Source: Penicillus capitatus
Taxonomy: Eukaryota > Plantae > Chlorophyta
Direction: 5' to 3'
Assembly (NCBI GenBank): GCA_965649825.1
Contig: OZ287706.1
Location: forward strand, 806,001-870,000
Length of the DNA stretch: 64,000 nt
Shown: positions 1-11,337 of the stretch, piece after piece
How the letters are laid out: every line of letters begins with the position of its first letter
How positions within the stretch are numbered: the stretch's first letter is position 1
Made by a program: the position numbers and the translations under genes
The notes under the pieces: generated by a model
What the model was told of the DNA's origin: nothing
The model's database searches: none
Seen by the model: the letters and a program-made list of their open reading frames with translations, nothing else

Positions 1-1403
1 GAAGGGCGATTCACATTTCGTGCTCTCGTGCATTATTCAGTATCATCGACCGCCGATCGGTCGATGGACACGTCAAATAGCTCGATAGATAACCACACTG
101 ACGTGAAACATCGACAACGCGTGTAAGATTGTCGTCGATCGGTCAAAACCGATCGATCGATTGATTTCGATTTATCGCACATTCTGTTTCCATGAATGCA
201 CCGTCGCCGATCGTCGTACCATCGATGGCGAGAAACATCAAAGATCGATTCGCCAGTGAAAGCCAATCGATCACACACCAGCTGGACTAATCGATGCGAT
301 GCGATCGGCCTATCAGTATGACCGATGCAGTACGATCGGATCTTACAATAAGACTCAAATTCTTTCAAAAGTTGCGGTGTTTACCTGGATTGTGCCGTTC
401 TACGGCAATCTTATGTCCCGAAATAGACTTTGCCGATCGCGAAACGAAACTGCGATCGATCAGACTACTTTCTTGTGCACTGGATCGCCGCCGATCCAGC
501 ATGCATCTCGATCGATCTAGTTAACACCTCATTTGAGGAAACGATTGCTTATCTTGAAATCTCACACCGAAAGTCTCTCCCAGTAAAATGCCTATCGCCG
601 GAATTGATCGAATGGTTGTCGATCGCACAAATGTTTAATTTTTGCAGCTTTCTTCTTTTAAAACGTTCCGACTTCTTTGACATGACTTTTCGAAGCTTCG
701 TCTTCGATATGCCGAAGGAGAATACCAAGGAAACGAGAGAGATCTTTTCGAGGTCTCTTCTGTTGAAGAAACATGCTCTCGCTAAGTATCTGTAGAACAA
801 ATTTGTTGCATCGATCGTTTTCCATCGGAGACAGCTGCCAAACTCGTTGATGTCGACCTTCAATTTGACTACTTGTATCGATCGATCGATTGCGACGTTA
901 GAAGAGATGGATTTTCGTATCTGGCGCGAACTTTCGCTTGTTCCATTCTGTAATGCATACGAACGTGAAGTGCTTGACAACACTCAATAAATGCAATAAT
1001 GCTATGTGACGATCGACACCATCGATCGAGAGTCGATTTGGTTCGCGACAATTGGTCTGTTCATCATGTCAATAGAAGACAAGATGTCCTCCGACAATTG
1101 GTACAGCCTTTATTTGCATCCGTCGACGTTTGAACTTCCAAAAAAGCGCTCTCGAAAAACGCGTATCGTGTAAAAGCGACCTTGGGCCAAAAGAGTCACA
1201 ACATCGACAGACTTCCACGTTAAATCTGCACAGGGAAACGCATGTATCCCAACCTTCCCACTTTGAGCCATGAACTGCGCATTCTCGTTGAATTCCTGAC
1301 GATATACCGAAAACCTACGACCATGAACCATTAACACACAGAATCTGATTCGCAAAAGTTAAAAAAAAGCTATGCTGCGCGGATCATCAAACAGGCATGA
1401 CGT

Positions 1404-2914
1404 TCAGGGATCGAGACGATGAGATTTTGTCCCTTCGACGACCTCTCTGATCTCCGGAACGAGCCACTCCAGTTCCTCTTCGGAGAAAACGGAGGAAAGC
1501 TGGTGTTCGATGTCATTTTCGCGCAACACGAGGATCCTGTGTACATTTCCCTGCAAGTCTGTGTGCGGCAGAATCTTAAAACACACGCCCACGGTCAACA
1601 TGTGCAACAGGAATGAGGCAAACTTACTCCGACGCCGACGAGATCCGCCGTTTTCCCCTTCGTTTGTTTGACAAACAGTTTGTCCAGACGCGTCGCGGTG
1701 GACATTGCTTTGCTGGCACCATCTCCTTTTCTGCTCCTCGTCCTCGTCGTCCGCGTAATGCTGTATTCGTCGGGAGTGATGGAGAGGTTCTCGTGGAGGA
1801 ATGCAGTGCGCACGGTGGTCTTCACCAACAAGAAGCCAACAAACCAGGGAAGCGTCGAGAACAGCAGCATCAAAAAAGAAACTGCAAAACAGGACGTTCT
1901 TGCACATGAAACAGGACGCAGATTGAGAGATTACTTGCGCTTGGCGTCAAGATGGCAGCGACAAGCGCTCCGCTGCACCACAAGATCAAGAAACTGAACC
2001 ACGTGACAATGAGGTATGTGAGACACAGTGTGGAGCCTGATCACAGTGCGCGATGTCGTGATCGTCTTTGTCAGGTGTCTTACGATTGAAGCATCCGACT
2101 GGAGGGATATCGATCTCCAATCGATCGTGTTCGCGCCTGAACACGATCGATCGTGATCCATCGGGGCCAAGCCGCTGCTCCAGATCTGCTCCCTGAACGA
2201 CGCGTGGGTCACTGTTCGATTCCTGACCCGTCATCTCATCCGTTGATTCCTGCCGCGATTCTTCTCCTTCCGATTCCTGCCGTGATTCTGCTTCTGCTTC
2301 ATCCGATTCCTGCAGTGAACTTTCTCCTTCAGAATCTTTCTCTTTTGTTTCGGACTTCTGCAAAGAGCCGCAGTGAAGACGAACGTCTCGATGGGATGAC
2401 AGAGCTCACCTCTGCAACATAGAGTCTCCTTCCGTCTCCGTGATCCGCTTCGAAGAGGTCTTCGTACTCTGAGAAATCTTGCGATGTCATGCTCAGAAAT
2501 CGCTGCAGGACGGACATCAATGGACGAGGGAGAGGGGCACGTGCATGACTTACAGCCTTCTGTTTGCCGTAATTCTTCGATGCAGTTTTGTCGCCTCGAT
2601 CGAACGAGGCTGCGATATGAACCAACATCTCTTGACCATCAGACAGCCGTTCGCACTAGACGCCGGTAAAGGACGACAAAACTATGAAAACGGCTTACTA
2701 GGTATGTCTCGCGTCCGTTGACTTCTTTCGCGGGTTCGCAGATTCTGTACTTTCCGTCTAGTACATCGTCGACACCAAGACTCGCTCGGTCGCCTTTGTC
2801 GTGGACGAAAGATATGGTTATCTCCTTCGTGCTTTTCGAGATGCTAACGGACATCGACTCAGCGCTGAACGTCCTTGCCAACGGCGGACGCGAGACGACG
2901 GGACCCGAAGACAT
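1404..2914 (-). CDS. Multi-exon membrane protein: kinase N-lobe remnant + acidic RQES repeats + C-terminal domain like that of cyanobacterial Ser/Thr kinases / At5g03900-like proteins
   Basis: Manual splicing (GTAAGC, GTAAGT, GTGAGC, GTAAGA donors) gives LDGKYRIC..GRETYL|CERLSDGQEMLVHI..YEDLFEAD..RLYVAE, then an acidic linker, then RLEIDIPPVG..LFSTLPWFVG..FSEEELEWLVPEIREVV. Family recognised from memory. Confidence 0.55.
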
Positions 2915-4149
2915 GAGCCGAGAAGCAAACGCGACAGCACCTCAATTGCTTAAGCATCATCAAGGCAGAGCATTTAAAAGACATACAGTCTTCCTTGCCG
3001 CGATCGGTGCTTTCTGCATGATCCTGTCGCCGTTTCTGTTTTTGGCTTCCGGTAAGGTCTTGACCAGGTATGTCTCTGAGTTGCAAGCACTGATCGATGT
3101 CTTATGCGAGTCGTGGGCGTGAGACACGCGGAAAGTCACTTGCAGTACTGTCATCTGTCCACGGGTCTCTCCATGTACTTCAACGTCGATGGCTGAGTCG
3201 ACGCCTTGTTTGTGGCAGCGTATCTACTGGACGTTCCACGCCACACGCGACGGCAGATCGCGTAGGACCATCAAAGAATACGGTACGACAGAATGATTTC
3301 TGTCGCCTCTCCCCTTCCAAACTTCGTCATCAAACACGGGACTCGCAGACGAATCCGAGTCTCTCGCACATCGAAGAACGAAAGGCTATCCAGTCTTCGC
3401 ATATATAACGAAGGGTTTCACGGGACAAGCTGATCGTGGAAACGCGGAACAGATCGGACCCACAAACTGCTACCGCCAACAGTCGTGTTCCTAGCAAACA
3501 CATATCAAGATAAAGGCGTGTATGGAGGAAGCGTCGCCAAATTGACAACTTGTCCCCAGGCGGATCATCACGTCACGAGGAAGTCGTAAGCGATCTGCGT
3601 GATCTACGTTCTGAACGATTCCCGCGGAAGACGTGGACAGCAACTGGCGAACGCTGTCGGTCAGCAAGCGCACTTCTCTGATCCTCTTATCCCGAAGTGA
3701 CTGCCGTTGCGTCTCGCATGGCCCGACGTTGTACTCGTGACGCATCTTTTATGAGTAACCGTTGTGATGTGACAATTAGCTCTGCGCCGTACCTCTCGCA
3801 GATTCCCGTCGGTTGGTTTTCTTCCTTCTGTGATCGCCGAGGTTGATCCATGTCTGCTTCAACCGTCGTTAAGAGGCACGATGAACCGCTGATCCTTGTG
3901 CTTAGTGCATTCACTGTTTGTCGATTTATTTGTTTTGACGCTGCACGTTTTGTGTGTCTCTGTCAATTGTCCTCGCTTCTGTCACTGTCTCCATTGTGCT
4001 AAATCCCAAACAGCTGCACATCAGTTCCGTTCGGGTGAGTGATTCCTTATGTCAGAGAAGGCCTACAGACGCTCTTCCATTGTCTCCATTGTTACAGAGG
4101 CTATTGAAATCACACCTGTCACTTATTGCGCGTGTCTAGTTTAGGTACG

Positions 4150-7100
4150 ATGATGACACGCGTGTTTCTTTGCGCGTGTGTTCTGTTTCTGCTCCAAGCA
4201 CTGAAGCCGTCTTTCTGCAGTCAAGGTACGTACGTACTGTCCCGTCTCGTCGACGAAGATGAATCCATTGTCCTCGCAGAGCATGGATTGCAAAGCCCAC
4301 CTTCCATCCCTCTCTTTCAGCAAAGCATGGTATGCTTCGATTTGCTCTTCGCTCAGTAAACGTCGTTGCACTCTTCCGATAGAGAAGTGCAGAATCCATA
4401 TCAGGCAAGTGCTCAGTCAGTATCACAATCAATGCATCATCCCTTTGTGCATTCAGGTACCGTCGAGAGCTTCGTTTTAGACAACAGAGCCGAAGCAAGA
4501 ATCGCCGTACGGCCAGGAAAGTATCTACACAGTGTATTAGGTGTCTTTGCGCAGGGTGGAAGTCCGGCACCGAGAGAGCGATTCCCATATATGTGTAGTC
4601 TGCGGCGGCGTGGCAGCGAAACGCATGCTTGCGGCGGCGTCCTTATCGATGAGCAGTGGATCCTTACGGCGGCGCATTGCCTGTGGAATAATGAGCAGAC
4701 TGGACTCGGACATTACGCTCTTGTTCGATGCGGCATCCACGAAATCGACACAAACAATCCGGAAACCGTAAGCGCCGACGCACCAGTCCGCAACCCGATG
4801 CACGATCGCGGGTTTTCGCGTCTTAGCTCTACCAGTCCAAAAAAGCATACTGGCCCACTGAATGGACGGGACACTTCAAGAAAGGGTCCGATATCGGACT
4901 CGTGCGTTTGGAGAGGAAAGCGCCTCTCGAGCGTCCTCTCATCGACAAAGCTCGCGATCGTTTACAGTTTGGGGATCTCATGGCGGCGATGGGTTGGGGC
5001 CTTACTGATAAAACGCGAGCAGCGAAGACGTTGCAGCTAGCCGCGAAGCTGCCGATCCTCGGCGCAGAGACCTGCGAGATCGTACTCGAAGAAGAACTCG
5101 ACGAGCACATGATCTGTGCCGGAGGAATCGGCATGGACACCTGTCGAGGTAAACAGGATAGATATCTCTCCCGATGACCGTGTCTACAAAGCGCCGCGCA
5201 TTTGTTTGTGCTTTAGGAGATTCGGGAGGTCCGTTGATTATTCCGCACCGACCGGAAAACGGTCTTTCGCAAGGAAGCCCTCAGCACGATATCCTGGTGG
5301 GCATTACCTCCTTCGGATCCCCTGAATGCGATGGAGAACTGCCTGCGGTGTACACACGTGTGGCCGATTACTGGAAATGGATCGAGGAAACGATAAAGAG
5401 CGAATCTGAGGTAAATACACTTGCCAATGGCAATCGCCTGGCAGCTCAGCGTGAGACGGCGATACGCACTTTTTCTCATCCTTTCCATCTCAGCCAGCGT
5501 CAAAACTCGATCGCGGTGTACTGTCGTGTAGATGCTTCAGTCTCTAGAACAGGAGAGTCGACAGGAACTTGCAGCCTCTCTCAGAACCCAGAAGGTGTCT
5601 GCACGACAGGAACAGTGTCATGTCGGATGATGCATTAACCGTTCCGCAGCCTCACTGTTAATCGTGTTTGCAGAAGATGCTGATGGAATTTGAAAACGAT
5701 CAAAACTGGAGCGTTATCGCTCTGCTCAATTCGAATATCTCCTCCAATACCATCTGCTATGATGAAAGCTTCAAGCATACGCCTTTGGTCAAGGGCTCGA
5801 CATTGCTTCACTGGGCGGCAGCGTTCGATGCGATAGACAGTGCCAAGGTGATGCTGTCACCAGATTTGTGTGTCTGTTTGCGCGACATCCTATTGGTTCG
5901 CAGATTCTCGTCGAGAACGGTGCAGAGATCAGCCGACAGAACAGAGACCTTCTGACTCCTCTGCACGTCGCTGCGGCGTACGGATCCCAATCAGCAACAA
6001 AGGCGAGTCGTGTGACACTCCATCGTTTCTCGCGAGAGAAGAATGCCATCGAAACGTGCGTCGATGACAGAAGAAGCGAATCTTTCGTCGACAATGCGCA
6101 AATGGCTTACCGACCAAACGCCTCAGCCGAATCACTTTCGCTAATCCTCTTCGACATGCTAAATCGATACTTCTGTGCACTCTGCAGTTTCTTCTGAATT
6201 CGAAAGCCGAGGTGAATGTCGTCGATATCGATGGACAGACGCCTTTGAGCTTAGCGTCGAAGAACGGCCATCGAAAGATTGTCGAGGTGAGCTTCCAGAT
6301 CGATTCGTCGTTTGGTATCGAGGCAACGATAGATACTCGTGGAACGAGGAGCAAATGTCAATACAACCGATCGGATTCGAGAAACTCCGTTACACAAAGC
6401 AGCGCGAACGGAACAGTCAGACGTCGCCAAGGCGAGCATTCGAGTTTCCAGTTCTCTTTTTGTCGATGACTGTCCAGTAAGTAGGTGCTGATCGAGGCCG
6501 GTGCTGATGTGAACGCAAGGGATCGCAGCGAGTGGACTGCTTTGCACATTGCAGCCGAGAGTGGACAAATGCAGATCGCGGAAGTACCTCCTCCGTTCCA
6601 TCGTTTTCACCCTTCCCATCACTTGGCCATTAGCTTCTTGCCGAGAACGGAGCCGATTTGGATGCGCGCGACGATGAGGGACAGACGCCTCTTCTGATCG
6701 CAGCGAAGACTGGACAACTGAGAATTGCGAAGGCACGTGCACTGAGCGGCGATCTTAATCCCGAAGGTGTCTGTTCAGGTGCTGATCGAAAAGGGAGCGA
6801 ATGTGGAAGGTGTGGATAATACGGGATGGACGCCGCTGTTAATGGCAACGAACAGTGGTCGCTTTGAGATCACAAAGGTGAACATCGATCGGCGAAGCGT
6901 CTGTTCCCGTCCACTGCATGTTCGATGTAGCTCCTCGTCGAAGAGAACGCGAACAAGGAACGATCGGATAGCATCGATGGCTGGACGGCATTGTCGGTGG
7001 CGGCGCGAAACGGAGATCTAAAAACCGTTAAGGTTTGGCCGATCGATCACCTGCGATGATTGTCATGGACATTATGACAGTGGCTGTTGGATCGTGATGC

Positions 7101-10100
7101 AAACGCGAGCGCAACAGACAAACACGGGGAAACACCATTGCACAAAGCGGCCAAAAGAGGAGAGACTACAGTCGTGACGGTATGTCTTGCACCTTTCGAT
7201 CGAGATCGATACAAGGAATGAGATTCCGGACAGGCACTGATCGAAAACGGGGCAGGTGTCTCTGTCGCTAATTTTCAAGGGAAAACGGCGTTGCATCTCG
7301 CCTCTTTCAAAGGAAAGAGTGCGACAGTTAAGGTGCGAGCTTGTCATGTCTCTTCCTTTCGGCGTCTTTGTCAGCGTCGTTGTCAAGGTTCTTCTGGATT
7401 GCGGCGTCGATGTCAATGCCGTCGATAACTATGGAAACGTGCCTTTGCACGATGCGGCATGGCAAGGTCATCTGCACGTCGTCGAGGTATGTCCTGTCCT
7501 GTCCTGTCCGATCTCTTTCCTAACGATCAAACGGGTAGATCCTTCTTTCTCAAGGAGCATCCGTCGATGCCAATGCGATCGATGGCGAGACGCCACTTCA
7601 AAGGGCGGCTTATGGCCGGTACATCAATATCTTGCAGGTAAACGACAGGTCGTCCTCGTTCATGAAAGCAGCCTTCAAAGCTGCTTAGACTCTCTTGGCG
7701 CATGGAGCAGATGTCAATCATGTCAAACAGAATGGATGGACAGTGCTTCATCATGCAGCACGGTACGGCTACACAGAGATCGCTACGGTGAGCTGCCTCT
7801 CACGTTTCTCTGTTATCCTTCTGCCGTATCATTTTTTAGCTTCTCATGGAACACGGAGCAGATCTAGACATTCGCTTGAGCGATGGATCAACTCCGCTTT
7901 ACCTGGCAACTTTCTTTAATTTCACAGAGATTGCTATGGTGAACCAACCATCTCATATCTATTCTTCGATAAGATGTATGGCATCATTTCACAGAGACTC
8001 ATCGATCTCGGGGCAAACGTCAATGTTGCGTCGAATACAGGACGGACATCACTGTTGGTGGCTACTTATGCCGGACATGTAGAACTCGCCAAGGTCGATT
8101 GTACATTGAGTTTGAGACCGCCCTGGAATTCGTGCTGTTTCAGGCGCTGATGGATCACGGAGCAAATGTTAACCATGTCGACAACGACGGATGGGCTCCT
8201 CTTCTTTCTGCCGCGCGCTATGGCCGAACAGAAATCGCCATGGCGAATTCTTCATCTATTCCGAGTTTCTGTCTGACATCGTATCGTTGCCTAGGCTCTC
8301 ATCGACCACAACGCAGATGTCGACGCTGTTCATAAGGAAGGATGGACGTCACTCTTGGCAGCATCCCGTTATAACCACACGGAGATCGCTATGGCAAGCT
8401 CCATATCAGTCCTGACTTATCCGATCCGTTTATATTATCATCTCAGGCTTTGCTCAATCATGGAGCGTTTGTCGATGCGATTGACAAAGAAGGATTCACT
8501 CCGCTTCATCAAGTCGCGAAACTCGGCCACCCAGAGATGGCTACGGTGAACTCCGATCCTCGGCAACAGTCCATTAATTCGTACTGTTCCATAGGCTCTC
8601 ATCGATCGTGGTGCAGATGTCAATGCCGCCAACAAGAATGGAAGCACTCCGCTTCTTCTAGCCGTGGGACTCGGTGACGCGCAGACCGTTATGGTATATT
8701 TCAGATATGCTCCACTGTTAACAAGCTCTGTAACTCCACAGGTTCTCATGAATCATGGGGCAAATGTGGATGCTGTTGACAACGATGGGTACACCCCACT
8801 TCTTCTAGCAGCTCGCTACAATAATACAAACATTGCAGTGGTAAGTCTACACAAGGTCTGAGTGTTTAAAATGCCAATATCCTTCTTTAGATTCTCATCG
8901 ACCATGATGCAGATGTCGACGCTGTTCATAAGGAAGGATGGACGGCACTTTTGGCGGCATCCAACCTGAACAACACAAAGATGGCAATCGTGGGCTCCAT
9001 ATCCGTTCTTGCTTCTCTGACGGCTGCTTGCAGGCTCTCATGAATCATGGGGCAAATGTGGATGCTGTTGACGACAATGGGTACACTCCACTTCTTTTGG
9101 CAGTGGGAAGAAGTCACACAGCAATTGCTCTGGTCCCGTTAAAATGCCTCGTACACATCCTATAATTTATCTCTTCCATAGGCACTGATCGGTCACGGAG
9201 CGAATGTCAATGTTGCTGATAAGAATGGAAGCACTCCACTTCTCCTAGCGACGGGACTCGGTTATACGCAGATCTCTACGGTATATCGCAGATTCGCTCC
9301 ACTGTTCACAAGCTCTGTACCTCCACAGGCTCTCATCGACAATGGGGCGAATGTAAATGTCGTCGACAACAATGGATACACTCCACTTCTTTTAGCAGTG
9401 GGACTGAATCACATACCAATCGCTATGGTGAATGACAGACACAGCTTCTGCACATGTACGTGGTTATCGATACCGCTTGCTCCCTTAGGCTCTCATGGAT
9501 CACGGAGCGAATGTCAATGACGTCGATAGAGATGGATTGGCATTGCTCCTTTTGGCGGTGGGAAGGAGTCACACAGCAATCGCACTGGTCCGTTTGCATG
9601 CTCCCGTACACGCACGTCCTATTGTTTATCTGTTCTATAGGCACTGATCGATCACGAGGCAAATGTTAATGTTGTTGACAACAATGGGTACACTCCACTT
9701 CTTTTGGCAGTGGGAAGCAGTCAGACAGCAATTGCTCTGGTCCCGTTTAAATGCCTCGTACAGATCCTATAATTTATCTTTTCCGTAGGCACTGATCGGT
9801 CACGGGGCGAACGTCAATGTTGCTGATAAGAATGGGTACACTCCACTTCTTTTGGCAGTGGGAAGCAGTCAGGCAGCAATCGCACTGGTCCGTCTGAACG
9901 ATTCATACACATTCTGTTGTTCACTCATTCCACAGGCTCTCATCGATCATGGGGCAACTGTCAATGACGTCGATAGAGATGGATACACTCCGCTCCTTCT
10001 GGCAGTAGAATTTGGCCTCACGACAGTCGCTGCAGTAGACACCGATTCTCCACATTTTTTCTATCATTCTCGGTGTTCGTAGGCTCTGATCGATCATGGA

Positions 10101-10514
10101 GCGTATGTTGAGGTTGTTGACAACTACGGATACACACCCCTCTTTCTAGCAACACACCTCGGACATATAAAGATTGCGCGAGTAGACCCCATTTTTGATC
10201 CGCGCTGCCTTGATTTCACATGGCTATTCAGGCACTCATTCACCATGGAGCAGACGTCAACCGCGCCGGCAATGATGGATGGACTCCGCTTCACGTTGCA
10301 TCGTACAACGGCCGTCTAATCATTGCAAAGGTAAGTGAGTTGTCTCCTGTGCGTGAAAAGTTACTCTTTGTCTCAGGATCTAATTGCTGCGGGTGCGGCG
10401 ATCGCACGCCGGACGGTGTATGGACAAATCCCTCGAGATTTTGTTTGCGCTGCACCTGATCGTGATTGCTCAGATGACACTCGAACATCTCTCATCCAGT
10501 TATTGACTCCATGA
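4150..10514 (+). CDS. Signal peptide + trypsin-like (S1) serine protease, probably fused to a long ankyrin-repeat array
   Basis: Hydrophobic leader; RIA|GG activation site; TAAHC, GSDIGLVRL and GDSGGP triad motifs; WGL and CAG motifs; then about 29 ankyrin exons ending ..SLIQLLTP* at 10514. The in-frame link at 5410-5680 needs short introns and is inferred. Confidence 0.75.
5903..10330 (+). repeat. Array of about 29 ankyrin-repeat exons, each 99 nt (one is 102 nt), phase 0, separated mostly by about 50-nt introns
   Basis: Each exon reads xLxxxGAxVNxxDxxGxTPLxxAxxxGxxxIAx between an AG and a GT/GC; period about 150 nt (e.g. exons at 6485, 6633, 6779, 7081, 7234 ... 10084, 10232). Confidence 0.9.
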
Positions 10515-11337
10515 ACACCTTCTGTGCTGTTCCAGGACGAAGTGTCACTTCGTGCTGTACCTGTTCGAAAGATCTTGCTGATTAACGCTCGGTGGCCGTT
10601 GGTGGCCGTTGGTGTCCGTATTCAAGACATCATTTCCTCGGACGAATAGGAACACGGTTTCATCGATCTGACAATGGCTCGGTTATCTGGGTCTTATTCG
10701 CACGCTCTAATCGTCGCGATGCATAATCTCTGTCTCATCAGGGACTTGCTTATCTGGATATTGTCTGAGCGTCTCGAAGATCGCATGACGATTTCATTTG
10801 TCTCCGACTTGGACACGAAAGGTGAGTATAAACGTCTGCTTATCTCCGATCATCGTCCTGACGCGTGTGGAATGAAATTTGTGACCGGTAAGCTTTCTCC
10901 CCATCATCGTTTTGTTAAAACAGCTGGAATACCCTAGCGAACATCGTTCAATACGTAAAGGAGCGTTCTAGATCGTAGCGATCGGGGAATCCATCAGATC
11001 CAATCATGCGATCGACATAACAAGTTCCAAGTAAGATCACCGACAGTTGATGATAAGGCAATGGCTTCTTCTTCTGGGATTTGCGTCGACGATTTCGTGT
11101 ATTTATCAAAAGCGTTACTTCTAATCGAATGATCTCTACTGAACTGCCATGGTTCAAAGCTCCGGTCGTTCTTCGCGATCCTTTATCTAAAAAGATGCGG
11201 CAATCGGAAGATCGAATCATTGTTCGATTGCGCGAAAACCGCATCTGTGACGAAAGATATCGATCGTCGATCATGATAATCGCACAGCCGCTTCGCTAAG
11301 AGAATGTTATCTTTTCATTGCATAACCTGTTCGTTTA

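Noticed and set aside
3100-4100. Possible small - strand gene, and similar fragments at 10.6-11.3 kb and 55.0-55.6 kb
   Set aside because: Some splice-like signals, but no consistent exon chain or recognisable domain could be assembled by eye.
5903-10330. CRISPR-like repeat-spacer array
   Set aside because: The periodicity is ankyrin exons plus introns in a eukaryotic gene; there are no invariant repeats and no cas genes.
10592-10620. ggtggccgtt x about 3 minirepeat
   Set aside because: A short slippage repeat in intergenic DNA with no further structure.
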